Below, piece after piece: positions 50,941-61,215 of a stretch of 64,000 bases of DNA. Within the stretch, counting starts at the first letter, position 1, and each line of letters starts with the position of its first letter. The position numbers were made by a program, and so were the translations under genes. Under the pieces are notes generated by a model that had not been told where the DNA came from, did not search any database, and saw nothing but the letters and a program-made list of their open reading frames with translations. The stretch is from an uncultured delta proteobacterium (GTDB lineage Bacteria; Desulfobacterota; BSN033; UBA1163): assembly GCA_963708295.1 (NCBI GenBank), contig CAVPSJ010000012.1, positions 1 through 64,000 of the forward strand, given 5' to 3'.

Positions 50941-51354
50941 ATGCTCAAGAAAATTAACCACATTGCCGTTGCTGTGAACAACATCGAAGAGGCCGCCAAC
51001 TTCTACCAGAACGTCCTGGGCCTGAATCTTTCAGGAGTCGAGGTGGTCACTGCGCAAAAGACGAGGGTGGGATTTTTTAAGATCGGGGAGTCCAATATTG
51101 AATTGGTCCAGCCCGCCGAGCCGGATTCTCCCATCGCGAAGTTCTTGGAAGGCAAAGGCCAGGGAATCCATCACATCTGTTTCGAGGTCGATGATGTCGA
51201 GGCGGAAGTCAAGGCCTATCTTCAGAAGGGGGCGACGTTGATCGATCAAAAACCCAGACCGGGAGCCCACAATACGAAAGTCGCTTTTATTCACCCCAAA
51301 TCCTCCAGCGGCGTTCTCATCGAGCTCTGCGAGCTCCCCAAAAATCGTCAATGA
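50941..51354 (+). CDS. mce: Methylmalonyl-CoA epimerase
   Basis: INHIAVAV, IELVQP, GIHHICFEV, AFIHPK..GVLIEL. Confidence 0.93.
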   Translation: MLKKINHIAVAVNNIEEAANFYQNVLGLNLSGVEVVTAQKTRVGFFKIGESNIELVQPAEPDSPIAKFLEGKGQGIHHICFEVDDVEAEVKAYLQKGATLIDQKPRPGAHNTKVAFIHPKSSSGVLIELCELPKNRQ

Positions 51355-51363
51355 AATAAAGAA

Positions 51364-51408
51364 AAAAGGAGGGGAGGACCTGGTGAAACTAGATCTTCCC
51401 CTCCTCTC
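51364..51408. terminator. Hairpin between convergent genes (possible terminator)
   Basis: GAGGGGAGGA...TCTTCCCCTC preceded by an A-tract. Confidence 0.5.
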
Positions 51409-51455
51409 GGTCAACCAAAACGCGTCACTCTTACAAGGGCACGTTTCTCTAACGG

Positions 51456-51899
51456 TTATTCCACTTTGAATTTAACGTCTTTCACGACCGTTCCTTCGGA
51501 ATCCCTGATTTCAACTTTCCAGTCTCCTTTTAATTCTCTCAAATTCTTGTCGGCATAGGTCCTCCATCTCGGGCCTTCCTTCAGCGGAACGCTGAATTTC
51601 GACAGCTCTTTCTCTCCATTATACCAAACAAAGGAAACCTCTGTATCTTTAGCAATGTCGGTTGCTTCGAGGAAGCAAGAGACCTTTTCTGTGGAGGCAG
51701 GAAATGTCTCCGCAACCCCTACGGGTTCGAGGTTTTCCACTCCGGTTCCAACGACCAGCCGTTTGACGGCGAATGGGGCCGCCTCCTTCGGTGCACCTTC
51801 CTGCTTGGCCTTTTCCTGTGCATAGACTGGGAGGATCATCCCCCATACAGCAATGGTGATTAGAACTAAAATCAGTATTCCTGCTCCATGCTTTTTCAT
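51456..51899 (-). CDS. Exported DUF2914-like protein
   Basis: Signal peptide; VENLEPVG, WY, RWRTY..K, GDWKVE pattern. Confidence 0.75.
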   Translation of the reverse strand: MKKHGAGILILVLITIAVWGMILPVYAQEKAKQEGAPKEAAPFAVKRLVVGTGVENLEPVGVAETFPASTEKVSCFLEATDIAKDTEVSFVWYNGEKELSKFSVPLKEGPRWRTYADKNLRELKGDWKVEIRDSEGTVVKDVKFKVE

Positions 51900-52014
51900 G
51901 CTTATCTCCTTTCGTTAGAAGTTAACCTGTGAATCGCGGATTTGTCGCTAAGGCTTTATCTTTCTCCGCCCCCCGAAAAGCTCAAATCACGATCCACCAC
52001 CTATTTATGATGCA

Positions 52015-52590
52015 TTAGGGAATCAGCGAATAGACCTGTGCTTTCTTGGCCCATTCGCTGCCCGGATAGTCCCGCTGAAGGGCTTCCAACCCGGATTTCA
52101 ACTCCTTTGGATCATGACTTGCCTTATACTTGGAAACCCCTAAATAGTACTGAGCTTCAGGTGCTGCGTCTGCCCTCGGAAACCGAACCAGAATCTCTTG
52201 AAAACCTTGTATGGCCTGTTCAAAGTGATCCAGATCAAATTCAACCTTGCCCTTCCCCAGGAGGATCTGGGCAATGAAATCCTCAGGGGGCAAGAATCCG
52301 ACAAAACGATGATGCTCCTCCCCGTCCGAATCCAAAATGATGATCGTAGGGGTCCATTTTGCTGCATACCGTTTCACCAGAGATTTGTTTTTGTTGAAAT
52401 CAACTTGAAGAGGAATGAAGCTATTCTCTACCGAGAAACTGACGTTCGGATCGGGATAAGTAACAGCTGCCAGCTGTTGGCACCCAATTCAGAGATTATT
52501 ATAAAAGTCTATCAAGATCAGCTTCCTTTCTTTCTTCGCCTTTGCCTTCGTCGTTGTTAAAGAGGCCTCCCACTGAATCTGTTTTCCCAT
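52015..52590 (-). CDS. Thioredoxin-fold + TPR selenoprotein (UxxC; in-frame UGA at codon 34)
   Basis: ATG at 52590 with GAAAGGAGG RBS reads MGKQIQWEASL...LIDFYNNL-UGA-IGCQQL...YP..WTPT in frame with ORF 52015-52377. A SECIS-like hairpin follows the UGA. Confidence 0.82.
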
Positions 52591-52656
52591 AGCGAACCCT
52601 CCTTTCGTCATCGTGAGTGAACTCGTCACGGAGCCCGTAGAACAGGGCGAATGGTG

Positions 52657-52860
52657 TTACTTCCTCCCACCTCCGCTAGGTTTCAAACAATCCCCTCGAA
52701 AGCAACAGTCGAGCTGATTACAAAACGCTTTGGCTGTCCCGAAACAATCAAAATTCCCCTCAGCCCTCTGGATTCTCCAGATCAATTCTTCCTTCGATAA
52801 TCCGAAGGTGTTTTTCAACTGCAGCGCCTTTGCCTTGGCCCGTATTTCCTGTATTTTCAT
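52657..52860 (-). CDS. Small SAP/Rho-N-like protein with a Cys-rich tail
   Basis: MKIQEIR..AK..K.ELI..IQRAEGNFDCFGTA...C.Q..C.FR.DC. Confidence 0.75.
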   Translation of the reverse strand: MKIQEIRAKAKALQLKNTFGLSKEELIWRIQRAEGNFDCFGTAKAFCNQLDCCFRGDCLKPSGGGRK

Positions 52861-53049
52861 ATCGACCCCCACCACTTCAGGATCCCCGAAAAATCAGAGG
52901 TTATATCTGATATTCTTTTCCGAACTCGGGTATTTGTCAAGTCAAATTAATGTCACTCAAGGACAAAATTTGTAGGTAAAATCTATGGCTTCTTGAACTA
53001 ATTCTGTTATAATAACCCCGTTTTCCCAGATACCTCCGGAAGGGAGAAA

Positions 53050-54435
53050 ATGGACCCATTTGTCATTCCAAGGTCGAAACACCCCATTTCGAGAAAAAGG
53101 ATCGACGAAGAAGCCCTGAAAGTTCTTTACCGTCTGCATCGACACGGATTCCTGTCTTATCTCGTCGGCGGAAGCGTTCGGGACCTTCTCCTCGGAAAGA
53201 CCCCGAAAGATTTTGATGTGGCCACCAATGCTCACCCTCACGAGATTAATGCCCTCTTTAAGAACAGCCGGGTCATCGGTCGCCGATTCAGACTGGTGCA
53301 TGTTTTTTTCAAGGGGGGAAAGGTCGTCGAGGTATCCACTTTTCGGAGTCGATCGGAGTTTGAGGAGGTCCAAACCGAAGAAGGGGAGATCATACGAACA
53401 GACAGTTTTGGGACGCCGGCCGATGATGCCTTGCGCCGGGATATCACGATCAATGGCCTTTTCTACAATATCGCAGATTTCTCCATCTTGGACTACATCG
53501 GCGGGATGGCCGACCTGGAGCGACAGGTCATCCGAACGATTGGTGACCCCGATGAGAGACTTCAACAGGATCCGGTTCGAATGATTCGGGTCATCCGCCA
53601 TGCCGCCCGAACCGGATTTTCGATTGAAGACCCGACCTACGAGGCCATTCTTCGGCATCGGCAGGGGATACAAAAATGTTCTCCCTCTCGCGTTCGAGAC
53701 GAATTCTTACGGGAACTCAAGGAAGGTGCGTCGAGACCTTCTCTGGAACTGATGCTTCGGACCGGTCTGCTTTTTTCCCTCTTTCCAGGTCTCGAAAGGG
53801 CTTTGGGGCACCGCAGCCTCTCTGAAAGAAAGAGTCAAGAATTTTTCCTTTCCTTGTTCGACCGGGTGGATCAACTTCTCAAAACAGGAAGACAGGTGAC
53901 AGAATCCATTCTTCTCGCCCTCTTTCTCACTCCCTTTCTTCGAGAGGTGACACCCCCGCATCCCTTTCTCGGAGAAAGAGAAAAACACGCCTACGGGGCC
54001 CAGTCCATTCATTGGGCCGTCCACGAAATCCTCGCTCCCTACTCCTTCCCGAGGGGCGCAAGGGAAATGGCCTCCCAAATCCTGATTGCCCAGTCGAATC
54101 TAAAGAGATCGATCAAGCATGGGGTGATTCCAAAGAGATTGAGGATGAAAAGGTATTTTAAGGAAGCAGTGTTTCTTTTTGGAATCGAGGCTGAGGCAAA
54201 TGGGGAAAGGGCTCCCCGCCTTCTCCAAAATGCCATGCCCCCTGATTTCTTGCCCTGGTGGCCAAAAACATTGAAGAAAAAAGGCCGAAGGTTAAGGGAG
54301 AGGGATATCCCGCGAACTGAAACCCATGAATCGGACGGCGAAAGAACGCTTTCCGCTTGCCCCAACCGCCTCCTCGCAGGGGAGGAGATCCAATCTTCAG
54401 ATCCAGGCGAGACTGTACTCGTCTCTACTTCATGA
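53050..54435 (+). CDS. pcnB: Poly(A) polymerase I
   Basis: VGGSVRDLL..PKDFD, PAP-specific IGRRFRLVHV, RRDITIN, DPVRMIR. Confidence 0.9.
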   Translation: MDPFVIPRSKHPISRKRIDEEALKVLYRLHRHGFLSYLVGGSVRDLLLGKTPKDFDVATNAHPHEINALFKNSRVIGRRFRLVHVFFKGGKVVEVSTFRSRSEFEEVQTEEGEIIRTDSFGTPADDALRRDITINGLFYNIADFSILDYIGGMADLERQVIRTIGDPDERLQQDPVRMIRVIRHAARTGFSIEDPTYEAILRHRQGIQKCSPSRVRDEFLRELKEGASRPSLELMLRTGLLFSLFPGLERALGHRSLSERKSQEFFLSLFDRVDQLLKTGRQVTESILLALFLTPFLREVTPPHPFLGEREKHAYGAQSIHWAVHEILAPYSFPRGAREMASQILIAQSNLKRSIKHGVIPKRLRMKRYFKEAVFLFGIEAEANGERAPRLLQNAMPPDFLPWWPKTLKKKGRRLRERDIPRTETHESDGERTLSACPNRLLAGEEIQSSDPGETVLVSTS

Positions 54436-55726
54436 GCAAATTGGGAAGCCAGGTTGCGAGCCCTGGGAAAAAGAATAACAACGCCGCGCATACGACAAGG
54501 CCGATTAAAAAGGGATAGACCCCTTTGTAGATCACGCTAAACGGAGTCTTGGTGATATTTTTTACGACAAAGACATTGATCGCCACAGGAGGGATGACCA
54601 CGCCGATCATGACGGTAATAGCGATGATCATACCAAACCATATCGGATCAAAACCCAGCTTGATAATAACAGGATAGAATATCGGTGTCGCAAGGACCAT
54701 AAAGGCCATATCGTCGATAAAAGAGCCTCCCATCTGATAGATCAGGGAAATAATAATCATAATCACATATTTGTTCAGGGGGAGTCCCACCACCCAATCG
54801 GCTGCGATCATGGGAATCTTTGTGACAGCGAGAAAATGGCCTAAGAGGGTAGAACCTGCGATCAGCATCAGAACCATGCAGGCTGTGCGCAAAGACTCTG
54901 AAACCGATTTGAGGAATCCCTTGAAATTCATGTCCTTTCTCAAAACAGACATCAGGAGGACAGCCCCGGTTCCGACGCTCCCTGCCTCCGTCGGTGTGAA
55001 GAATCCCTTCATCAATCCCCAGATCATCAACAAAAAGATAAAAACCACCAAGGCCAACTCCGGGAGGGAGGCGATCCTTTCCCTCCACGTCGATCTTTCG
55101 CCCCGAGGACCTAAATTAGGGTTAATCCTGCACCACACGTAAATGATGCAAATAAAAAAGAAAGCAATGATTAACCCCGGAATCAACCCCGCCAGGAAGA
55201 GCTTGCCGATAGACTGCTCTGTAATGATACCAAATACAATCAGTGTGACACTCGGCGGGATAAGGATTCCAAGAGTCCCCACGGTGGCAACGATTCCTGT
55301 GGATAGTTTCTTGTCGTAACCATATCGATCCATTTCAGGAACCGCCACGCTGGCAAACGTCGCCGCCGTAGCGGGGGACGAACCGCAGATGGCTTTAAAA
55401 GCCGTCGCTCCGGCTACGGTGGCCATCGCCATTCCCCCGGGGACATGGCCGATGAACCGATAGGCGCTATTGAATAGCCTTTTCGCAATCCCGGCATTGA
55501 AGGCAATCTGACCCATCAGGACAAAAAGCGGAATGACGGTAAATCCATAGGAAGCAAAGACATCGAAGATATCCTTGGCTAAAAGGTTCAACCCGGCCTT
55601 GAAGGATACAATGTAGCTGAACCCCAGGAAACCAATCAGAGCCATCGCAAACCCTAATTCAATTCCTGTTAGGAATAAGAGCAGCACCACCGCCAGACCG
55701 ATCAGCCCCACCACCACTTCATTCAT
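54425..55726 (-). CDS. dctM: TRAP transporter large permease
   Basis: IPLFVLMG, GTLGILIPPS, FTPTEAG, DPIWFG. Confidence 0.94.
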   Translation of the reverse strand: MNEVVVGLIGLAVVLLLFLTGIELGFAMALIGFLGFSYIVSFKAGLNLLAKDIFDVFASYGFTVIPLFVLMGQIAFNAGIAKRLFNSAYRFIGHVPGGMAMATVAGATAFKAICGSSPATAATFASVAVPEMDRYGYDKKLSTGIVATVGTLGILIPPSVTLIVFGIITEQSIGKLFLAGLIPGLIIAFFFICIIYVWCRINPNLGPRGERSTWRERIASLPELALVVFIFLLMIWGLMKGFFTPTEAGSVGTGAVLLMSVLRKDMNFKGFLKSVSESLRTACMVLMLIAGSTLLGHFLAVTKIPMIAADWVVGLPLNKYVIMIIISLIYQMGGSFIDDMAFMVLATPIFYPVIIKLGFDPIWFGMIIAITVMIGVVIPPVAINVFVVKNITKTPFSVIYKGVYPFLIGLVVCAALLFFFPGLATWLPNLLMK

Positions 55727-56204
55727 CGAATTTCCCTCCGGAGATCTTTACGATATCGCACACCATAACGAGGCACTGGATGAAACAACAAATCCCGATC
55801 CCGTAAGCAACCGGATAGAAAGGCACTTGTAATGTAAGGGAAACCTCCCCTGATTTCTGTAGATCCATTCCATATTTGATCAGGTTCCAACCGATCAGGA
55901 AAAATAAGATGATCACAACGCCTCTTGAAGCAATATTGAAGATGTTTCTCACCTTTCGGGAAAACTTTAAAATAAAAAAATCCACAAAAATATGTCCCCG
56001 AAGCCACGAGGTCATGGGCATTGAAAATCCAATCGCCACTGCCCCTGCAAAAGCGACCAGTTCATAGGTGCCGACCACGGGCCTCTTAAAACCTCTTAGA
56101 ATCACATCGGCGATGGTCAGTAACATGAGAAACGTAAGGCTGACCCCGGCGATCACATTGAGGAACCGGCTTATTCCATTTGTCGTTTTTAATAATCCCT
56201 CCAT
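55719..56204 (-). CDS. dctQ: TRAP transporter small permease
   Basis: Four TMs, DVILR, GHIFVD. Confidence 0.9.
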   Translation of the reverse strand: MEGLLKTTNGISRFLNVIAGVSLTFLMLLTIADVILRGFKRPVVGTYELVAFAGAVAIGFSMPMTSWLRGHIFVDFFILKFSRKVRNIFNIASRGVVIILFFLIGWNLIKYGMDLQKSGEVSLTLQVPFYPVAYGIGICCFIQCLVMVCDIVKISGGKFDE

Positions 56205-56300
56205 GAATTGCTCCTCTTCTCCTTCGGGTCCTGCGCGTGACAAAAAAGAGGAAGGGTGATCCGTTATTCACTCCCCCTTCCCCTTTCCCTTTCATTGATC

Positions 56301-57317
56301 TTACTTCTGAATTTTATAGAGTGTCTCCAGGCAGAATCTCAATGCCTCCTGCCCGGGCAGCCCTTTCTCTTTCGTAGTCTTGACATAATCATCGAGAATC
56401 GGTTTCACGGCCATGGTCCATTTCCAGTTCTCATCCTGTGAAAGAGAGACGATCTTATTGCCCCGGCCTATCGTATAATCTTTTCCTGCCTTATCAATCT
56501 CGTCCCACAATTTCCCCTGCTTTTCAGCATATTCCTCATTCACCTTTTCGATAATTTGCTGAATATCCGGAGGTAACGCATTCCACTTATCCTTATTCAT
56601 AACCACGAACATGCCTGAGCTGTAGGCTGCACCCCAGTCTTCGGTGGTAAACTTCACGACCTCCCCCCACTTCCAACCCTGCAGGGCTTCATAGGGAGCC
56701 ATGGAACCATCGACTACTCCTCGGCTCAAAGCATCATAGGTCTCACCCATGGGCATGGCGACAGGAGTTGCCCCAAGTTGGCTGGATATTTTTGCGGCCA
56801 GGCCCGTGCACCGAATCTTCAATCCCTTGAGGTCTTGAAGACTCTTGACTTCCTTCTTGGTATGGAGAATTCCAGGCCCGTGGCCGTGGAGATACATCAC
56901 CTTCACTTCGTCAAACTCCTTGGGTTTGAATTTTTTATAGAATTCGTTGATCAGTCTTGTGGATGCCAACGCGCTTTTCGCCCCCAGAGGCAGGTCGGCA
57001 ACCTCTGTCAAGGGAAATTTCCCCCGGGTGTATGCAAGGACTGAAAAACCGATATCCGAGAGCCCTTTCGCCACCCCATCATAACATTTATCAGCGGGGG
57101 TCAGTGTTCCGCCTGGAAAGACGGTGATCTGAACCTTTCCGTTCGTCCTGTTCCCAATCTCCTTTGCCCATTCGGTGGCGAGCACCGCATTCTTATGAGG
57201 AGCAGGGAAGAAAACCGAGTAATTAAGTTTAACCTGTGCAAATACGACAGATGAGGTCAAAAAACAAAATCCCATTAAAAGACATAAAAATAAAGCTCCG
57301 AGTCTCCAGCGTCTCAT
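56301..57317 (-). CDS. dctP: TRAP transporter substrate-binding protein
   Basis: Signal peptide, TNGKV..FPGGTL, DLKGLKIR, YDALSRGVVDG, WNALP. Confidence 0.94.
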   Translation of the reverse strand: MRRWRLGALFLCLLMGFCFLTSSVVFAQVKLNYSVFFPAPHKNAVLATEWAKEIGNRTNGKVQITVFPGGTLTPADKCYDGVAKGLSDIGFSVLAYTRGKFPLTEVADLPLGAKSALASTRLINEFYKKFKPKEFDEVKVMYLHGHGPGILHTKKEVKSLQDLKGLKIRCTGLAAKISSQLGATPVAMPMGETYDALSRGVVDGSMAPYEALQGWKWGEVVKFTTEDWGAAYSSGMFVVMNKDKWNALPPDIQQIIEKVNEEYAEKQGKLWDEIDKAGKDYTIGRGNKIVSLSQDENWKWTMAVKPILDDYVKTTKEKGLPGQEALRFCLETLYKIQK

Positions 57318-57510
57318 TTTCTTAACCTCCTTTTGGAATGAAATGGTTACCATTAAAAGTTTTCCCTCTAAATCCTCCGAACCACCCCCTTCCCGCATTT
57401 CTCGATCTGGAAAGTCCAGGTCAATTCCAAAACCAAAAGTCGGAATTCTTTAAAATAGGATAGGGAGTGATCCAAACTTTCTTCCCTTATATTGAGAAGT
57501 TGTTCACATG

Positions 57511-57538
57511 AGTATAGTCGGAACAAGATTTTTGTCAA
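57511..57538 (-). promoter_or_regulatory. Candidate sigma70 promoter of the TRAP operon
   Basis: Minus strand TTGACA-N16-TATACT. Confidence 0.55.
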
Positions 57539-57578
57539 GCTAAATTTATTCTTGGAGCATTCCAGTGATGTGAGGATG

Positions 57579-57612
57579 TGTGTGAAAAATCCAACTGTGT
57601 GAAAAATCCAAC
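57579..57612. repeat. 17-bp perfect tandem duplication
   Basis: TGTGTGAAAAATCCAAC x2. Confidence 0.85.
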
Positions 57613-57794
57613 TTAAAATTGGAGGAGTTGGAGCATAAGGGGGGGAGTCGAGCATATCCCCATCATAGAGGGCATAAGCCGCGCCTTACGGCAATCCCGC
57701 CAGATTGCCGCGTCGCCGAGACCGAGCTCCCTGCAATGATTCCTTTGATCAGTCGGTATGAATATAAGATAAATACGTCAGCCTTTCGGATCTC

Positions 57795-58757
57795 TCACTT
57801 TCGTTCCCTCAACCTCTTTATGGCAAGCCGAATACTTTCTTGCATTCGAGTGATGGCATTGGCGAGTTCTCCAATCTCGTCCCGTGATTTAATGCCTGTG
57901 ATTTCGGCGTCTAAATCGCCAACACTGATGCGGTCGGTAATTTCCGTCAGGTACTTGATCTTTGCTGTTAACCTGTAAGCATCCACAGCGACAATCAGAC
58001 CAATCAGGATTACTGTGCCTGCCAGGATGGCAATGACAAGATTCCTTGTTCTAAGAGCAAACAGGGCAGCGCCCTCCTGCATGAATTTCACCGGCTGGGT
58101 AAATTCATCAGGGTAAGCAGTGGCTGCAACCACGTAGGGTGTTCCCGTAACGGGGACGCTCACCATGAACTTGTCCCGCAAAGTCCCTTTTGAATCCTGC
58201 AACTTGTAATAGCCCTTGGATTCCCTGACCTCCTTTCCGTTCTTTACGCCAGTGTAAATCTTCCAGAATTCAGGGAAACTTACTCCCAGAGATTCTTTAA
58301 GCGTGGTCATATCGACACCGATCATATTAGGATCAACATGAGCCCATGTGCGCCAGACTCCGTCTGCTCCCGGGGTCTCGTACAGGGTGGTATAACCCGT
58401 CGCACCTATCTTTTGAACCGCTACCCTTTTGAATTTCAAATCATAATTGAAGAAAGCCTTTTTCAACTCCGGGTGGGTGATCAGATAGACTCCGCACTGC
58501 GAGGCTACCTCTTTTGCCCTTCCGGTGACCATCTCTTCCGTCATTTTGCTAATCGTCCCTGCGCTTCCCGCGGTAAGCTCAGAAGAGAGTGTGTTTATTT
58601 GCCAGATATAGAGTAAGCTCGCAGCAATGATCAAACCGATCGGAACAAAAAAGAAAAGGATAAACATCCTACCCCTTAGGCTAAGGAAGCCTAAGCCTTT
58701 CTTCTGAGGGGCAATCGGGGAGACCGCCGACTTTCCAGTTCCACGCATAGCTGTCAT
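57795..58757 (-). CDS. Membrane sensor: TM-Cache-like periplasmic domain-TM-HAMP, with no output domain
   Basis: Two TMs, KIGATGY, C-terminal ISVGDLD...DEIGELA HAMP ending 17 aa later. Confidence 0.85.
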   Translation of the reverse strand: MTAMRGTGKSAVSPIAPQKKGLGFLSLRGRMFILFFFVPIGLIIAASLLYIWQINTLSSELTAGSAGTISKMTEEMVTGRAKEVASQCGVYLITHPELKKAFFNYDLKFKRVAVQKIGATGYTTLYETPGADGVWRTWAHVDPNMIGVDMTTLKESLGVSFPEFWKIYTGVKNGKEVRESKGYYKLQDSKGTLRDKFMVSVPVTGTPYVVAATAYPDEFTQPVKFMQEGAALFALRTRNLVIAILAGTVILIGLIVAVDAYRLTAKIKYLTEITDRISVGDLDAEITGIKSRDEIGELANAITRMQESIRLAIKRLRERK

Positions 58758-58774
58758 GGTCTTATCTCCTTTAG

Positions 58775-59796
58775 TTATTGCATACTATTTAGGGTTTTAA
58801 TCGTAAAATCGACGATTTCCTGACCATTTAATCCTTTTTCGCTTAGAATTTTCACATAATCATCAATGATCGGAGCAACCGCCATCTTCCATCGTGAGGC
58901 CTCGTTTCGATCAAGACCAACAATCTGGCCTCCATTGTCGAGGAAATATCGCATGCCTTGCGCGTCAATGGTATCCCATGCTTCTCCGTGCTGAGGAATC
59001 CACTCGTTATTGACTTCCCGGATGATAACCTTGATGTCTTCTGGTAAGGCCTTCCACCGATCTTTATTCATGACGACAAACTGAACAGCGGTATAGGCGA
59101 TCGGATAAGCAGCCGTGATGAAGTTGACAACCTCACCCATTTTAAACCCGTAGTTGGCCTCCAAAGGATGAAGCGACCCGTCTACCTCGCCTCTTTGGAA
59201 CATTCCATAGGCCTCACCGATGGTACCGGTTCTATACTTCCCTCCTAATTGCCTGACAATCAACTCGGTGTTCGCCTGGGTCCGAAACTTGAAGTTTTTC
59301 ATATCTTCAAGCTTTCTCACCGGTTTTCCTTTCGTATGGATGAATCCCGGGACCATGGGCGAAAAAATACATCACCTCGGTGTCGTTAAATTCTTTTGGC
59401 TTGAAGTGACGGTACAACTTCGTTCGAAACACCTGTCGCAATATTTCCGCTGGTGTATCCCAAAGGAAGGCCAGCAGTGTCGACCACCGGAAATCGGCCT
59501 GGAGTGAAACCGAGGACCGATAAGCCGAGATCAGAGGCCTTACTGACAACCCCATCGTAGCACTGAGGAGGCTTGGTTAAGGATCCACCCGGGAAAAACT
59601 GTATCTTCACTCTTCCCCTCGTACGGTCCTCAACCTCTTTACACCAGGCCTTGGCCAACTTGGCTTGTGTGTGGCCCTCAGGGAAAAAGCAACTATAGGT
59701 CAGTTTGACTGTTTGGGCCTGGGCTTCGCCGGCAACCCACCCAACAAAAAACAATACCATAAGGACGACCATCAACCCTAAGCAAGCTTTCTTCAT
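58775..59796 (-). pseudogene. dctP: TRAP substrate-binding protein (DctP) with two +1 frameshifts (~59415, ~59350); possibly sequencing errors
   Basis: Three overlapping frames reconstruct a full paralog of 56301-57317 (FKPKEF..V.Y..AHGPG, VMNKDRW.ALP). Confidence 0.8.
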
Positions 59797-59912
59797 CACG
59801 GAAACCTCCACTTTTCTTGTAAAAAAGGAGTTCTTCTCCCAACCACCTTTCTTACAGTGTGATGTTGTCAACACTTTAAGCATTAAGAAGCTTCAGTTCA
59901 TAAAAGGGCATC

Positions 59913-59929
59913 AGCAATTCCTATGCCAG
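59913..59929 (-). promoter_or_regulatory. Candidate sigma54 promoter
   Basis: Minus strand CTGGCATAGGAATTGCT (GG-N10-GC), ~120 bp upstream of the dctP start. Confidence 0.65.
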
Positions 59930-59999
59930 AGAAGTATTTCTCAAATTCATATCTATTAACCTGGATTCTTGATTTTCCATCTCTTCTCATACGGGGTCC

Positions 60000-61089
60000 C
60001 TATCGTAAAGACGAAGAGACGACTTCCGTCAACCCTAATCGTTTAAGCGTATCGCTGTGGAGCTCTAAGGAAGATTTTATTTGAACCCCCAGCTTCAGGG
60101 AGAGCATCTTATTCTTTGGAAGTTCTTTCTCAAGGAGAATGATGGTTGTATTCAGACATTCTAAGACACCCCTTAGTAAATTCTTTTTCCCCAACTGCCC
60201 CCGAAAATCGGATCACCCCATCCTGATATTCAAATTCACCGGCGAACGGATCTAAGAAACTGAATGTTTCGGCCTTTTCGATCAAGCACTTCTTAAAGGC
60301 TCCAACGAAGGTCCCGTTTCGAGAAGCAGCATCCACCAATCTCTCTGCGCCGGAAAGGGTTTCCTGGAGGATCGGGATGACTTCTTGCAACCCGTCTCTG
60401 CTCCGTGGCAGGGGGCTTGCTTTCCAAAATCGGGTTTACCTTCCGACGTACGAGGTTTACTTTCCGGAATAGGTTCTTCTTTCCTGGGAACCTGCTGCGA
60501 CTCTTATACACATTTAATATGGCCCCTCCCTGCTTACTTACATTTTCCAGAAATGCAGGGATTGATTTTCGACCAAAAACAGAAGGCCCGGATTCAGGAA
60601 TCGTAAACATCTCTACCGGTTCTCCCCCTTCGACAAACAGAACTCCCAAGGCCTTTTTCTCTTTTGTCAGAACCTCGATGAAACCGTCATGTTTATCCTC
60701 CTTCAACTTCAGGAGGAGGCGGTCCAGTCGAGTATAATCTGTGGATAATTCTTTGAAAAGGACTTCATATTGAAGGTGGCTCGTAACGAGCGCCACATGT
60801 TCGGGTAGCAATCGGTAAACATTGAGGACCCCATTCTTCTGATTCGAGAAAGTCAAGAAAGCTTGGATCGCTTCCTTGTCCGATCGTCCTTTCTGCGTCC
60901 CCCTTCTCTTTTATCTCCGCGTTGAGGATCTCTCCCGAATCGATGAAAATGGTCCCTCTTTTTTCGGGGAATTCAATTTCAAGGATACCGCTAAAGCCCT
61001 CTGATTTTAGGGCCGACAGGAGGGCTGAGACATCTGTATAGGCCGTTAATAAATTTTGGTGTCTTACTTCTCCTTTTGGAAGATATCAT
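60000..61089 (-). pseudogene. DUF4388/PatA-N-like repeat protein with multiple frameshifts
   Basis: Fragments in several frames: HQNLLTAYTDVSALLSALKSEGFSG..., ELSTDYTRLDRLLLKL..HDGFIEV..GVLFVEGG, FLDPFAGEFEY. Confidence 0.6.
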
Positions 61090-61215
61090 GGCTTTCCCCT
61101 TTTTTCTGTTTTTGACGTCCCATACTCCTAAGACTCTCAGGGAGAAGAGAGAAACCCTGTTTACTCTTGTCTTTCTGCAATCGCCCATAGGTCTTTGGGT
61201 GGTAAATCCTCCCTT

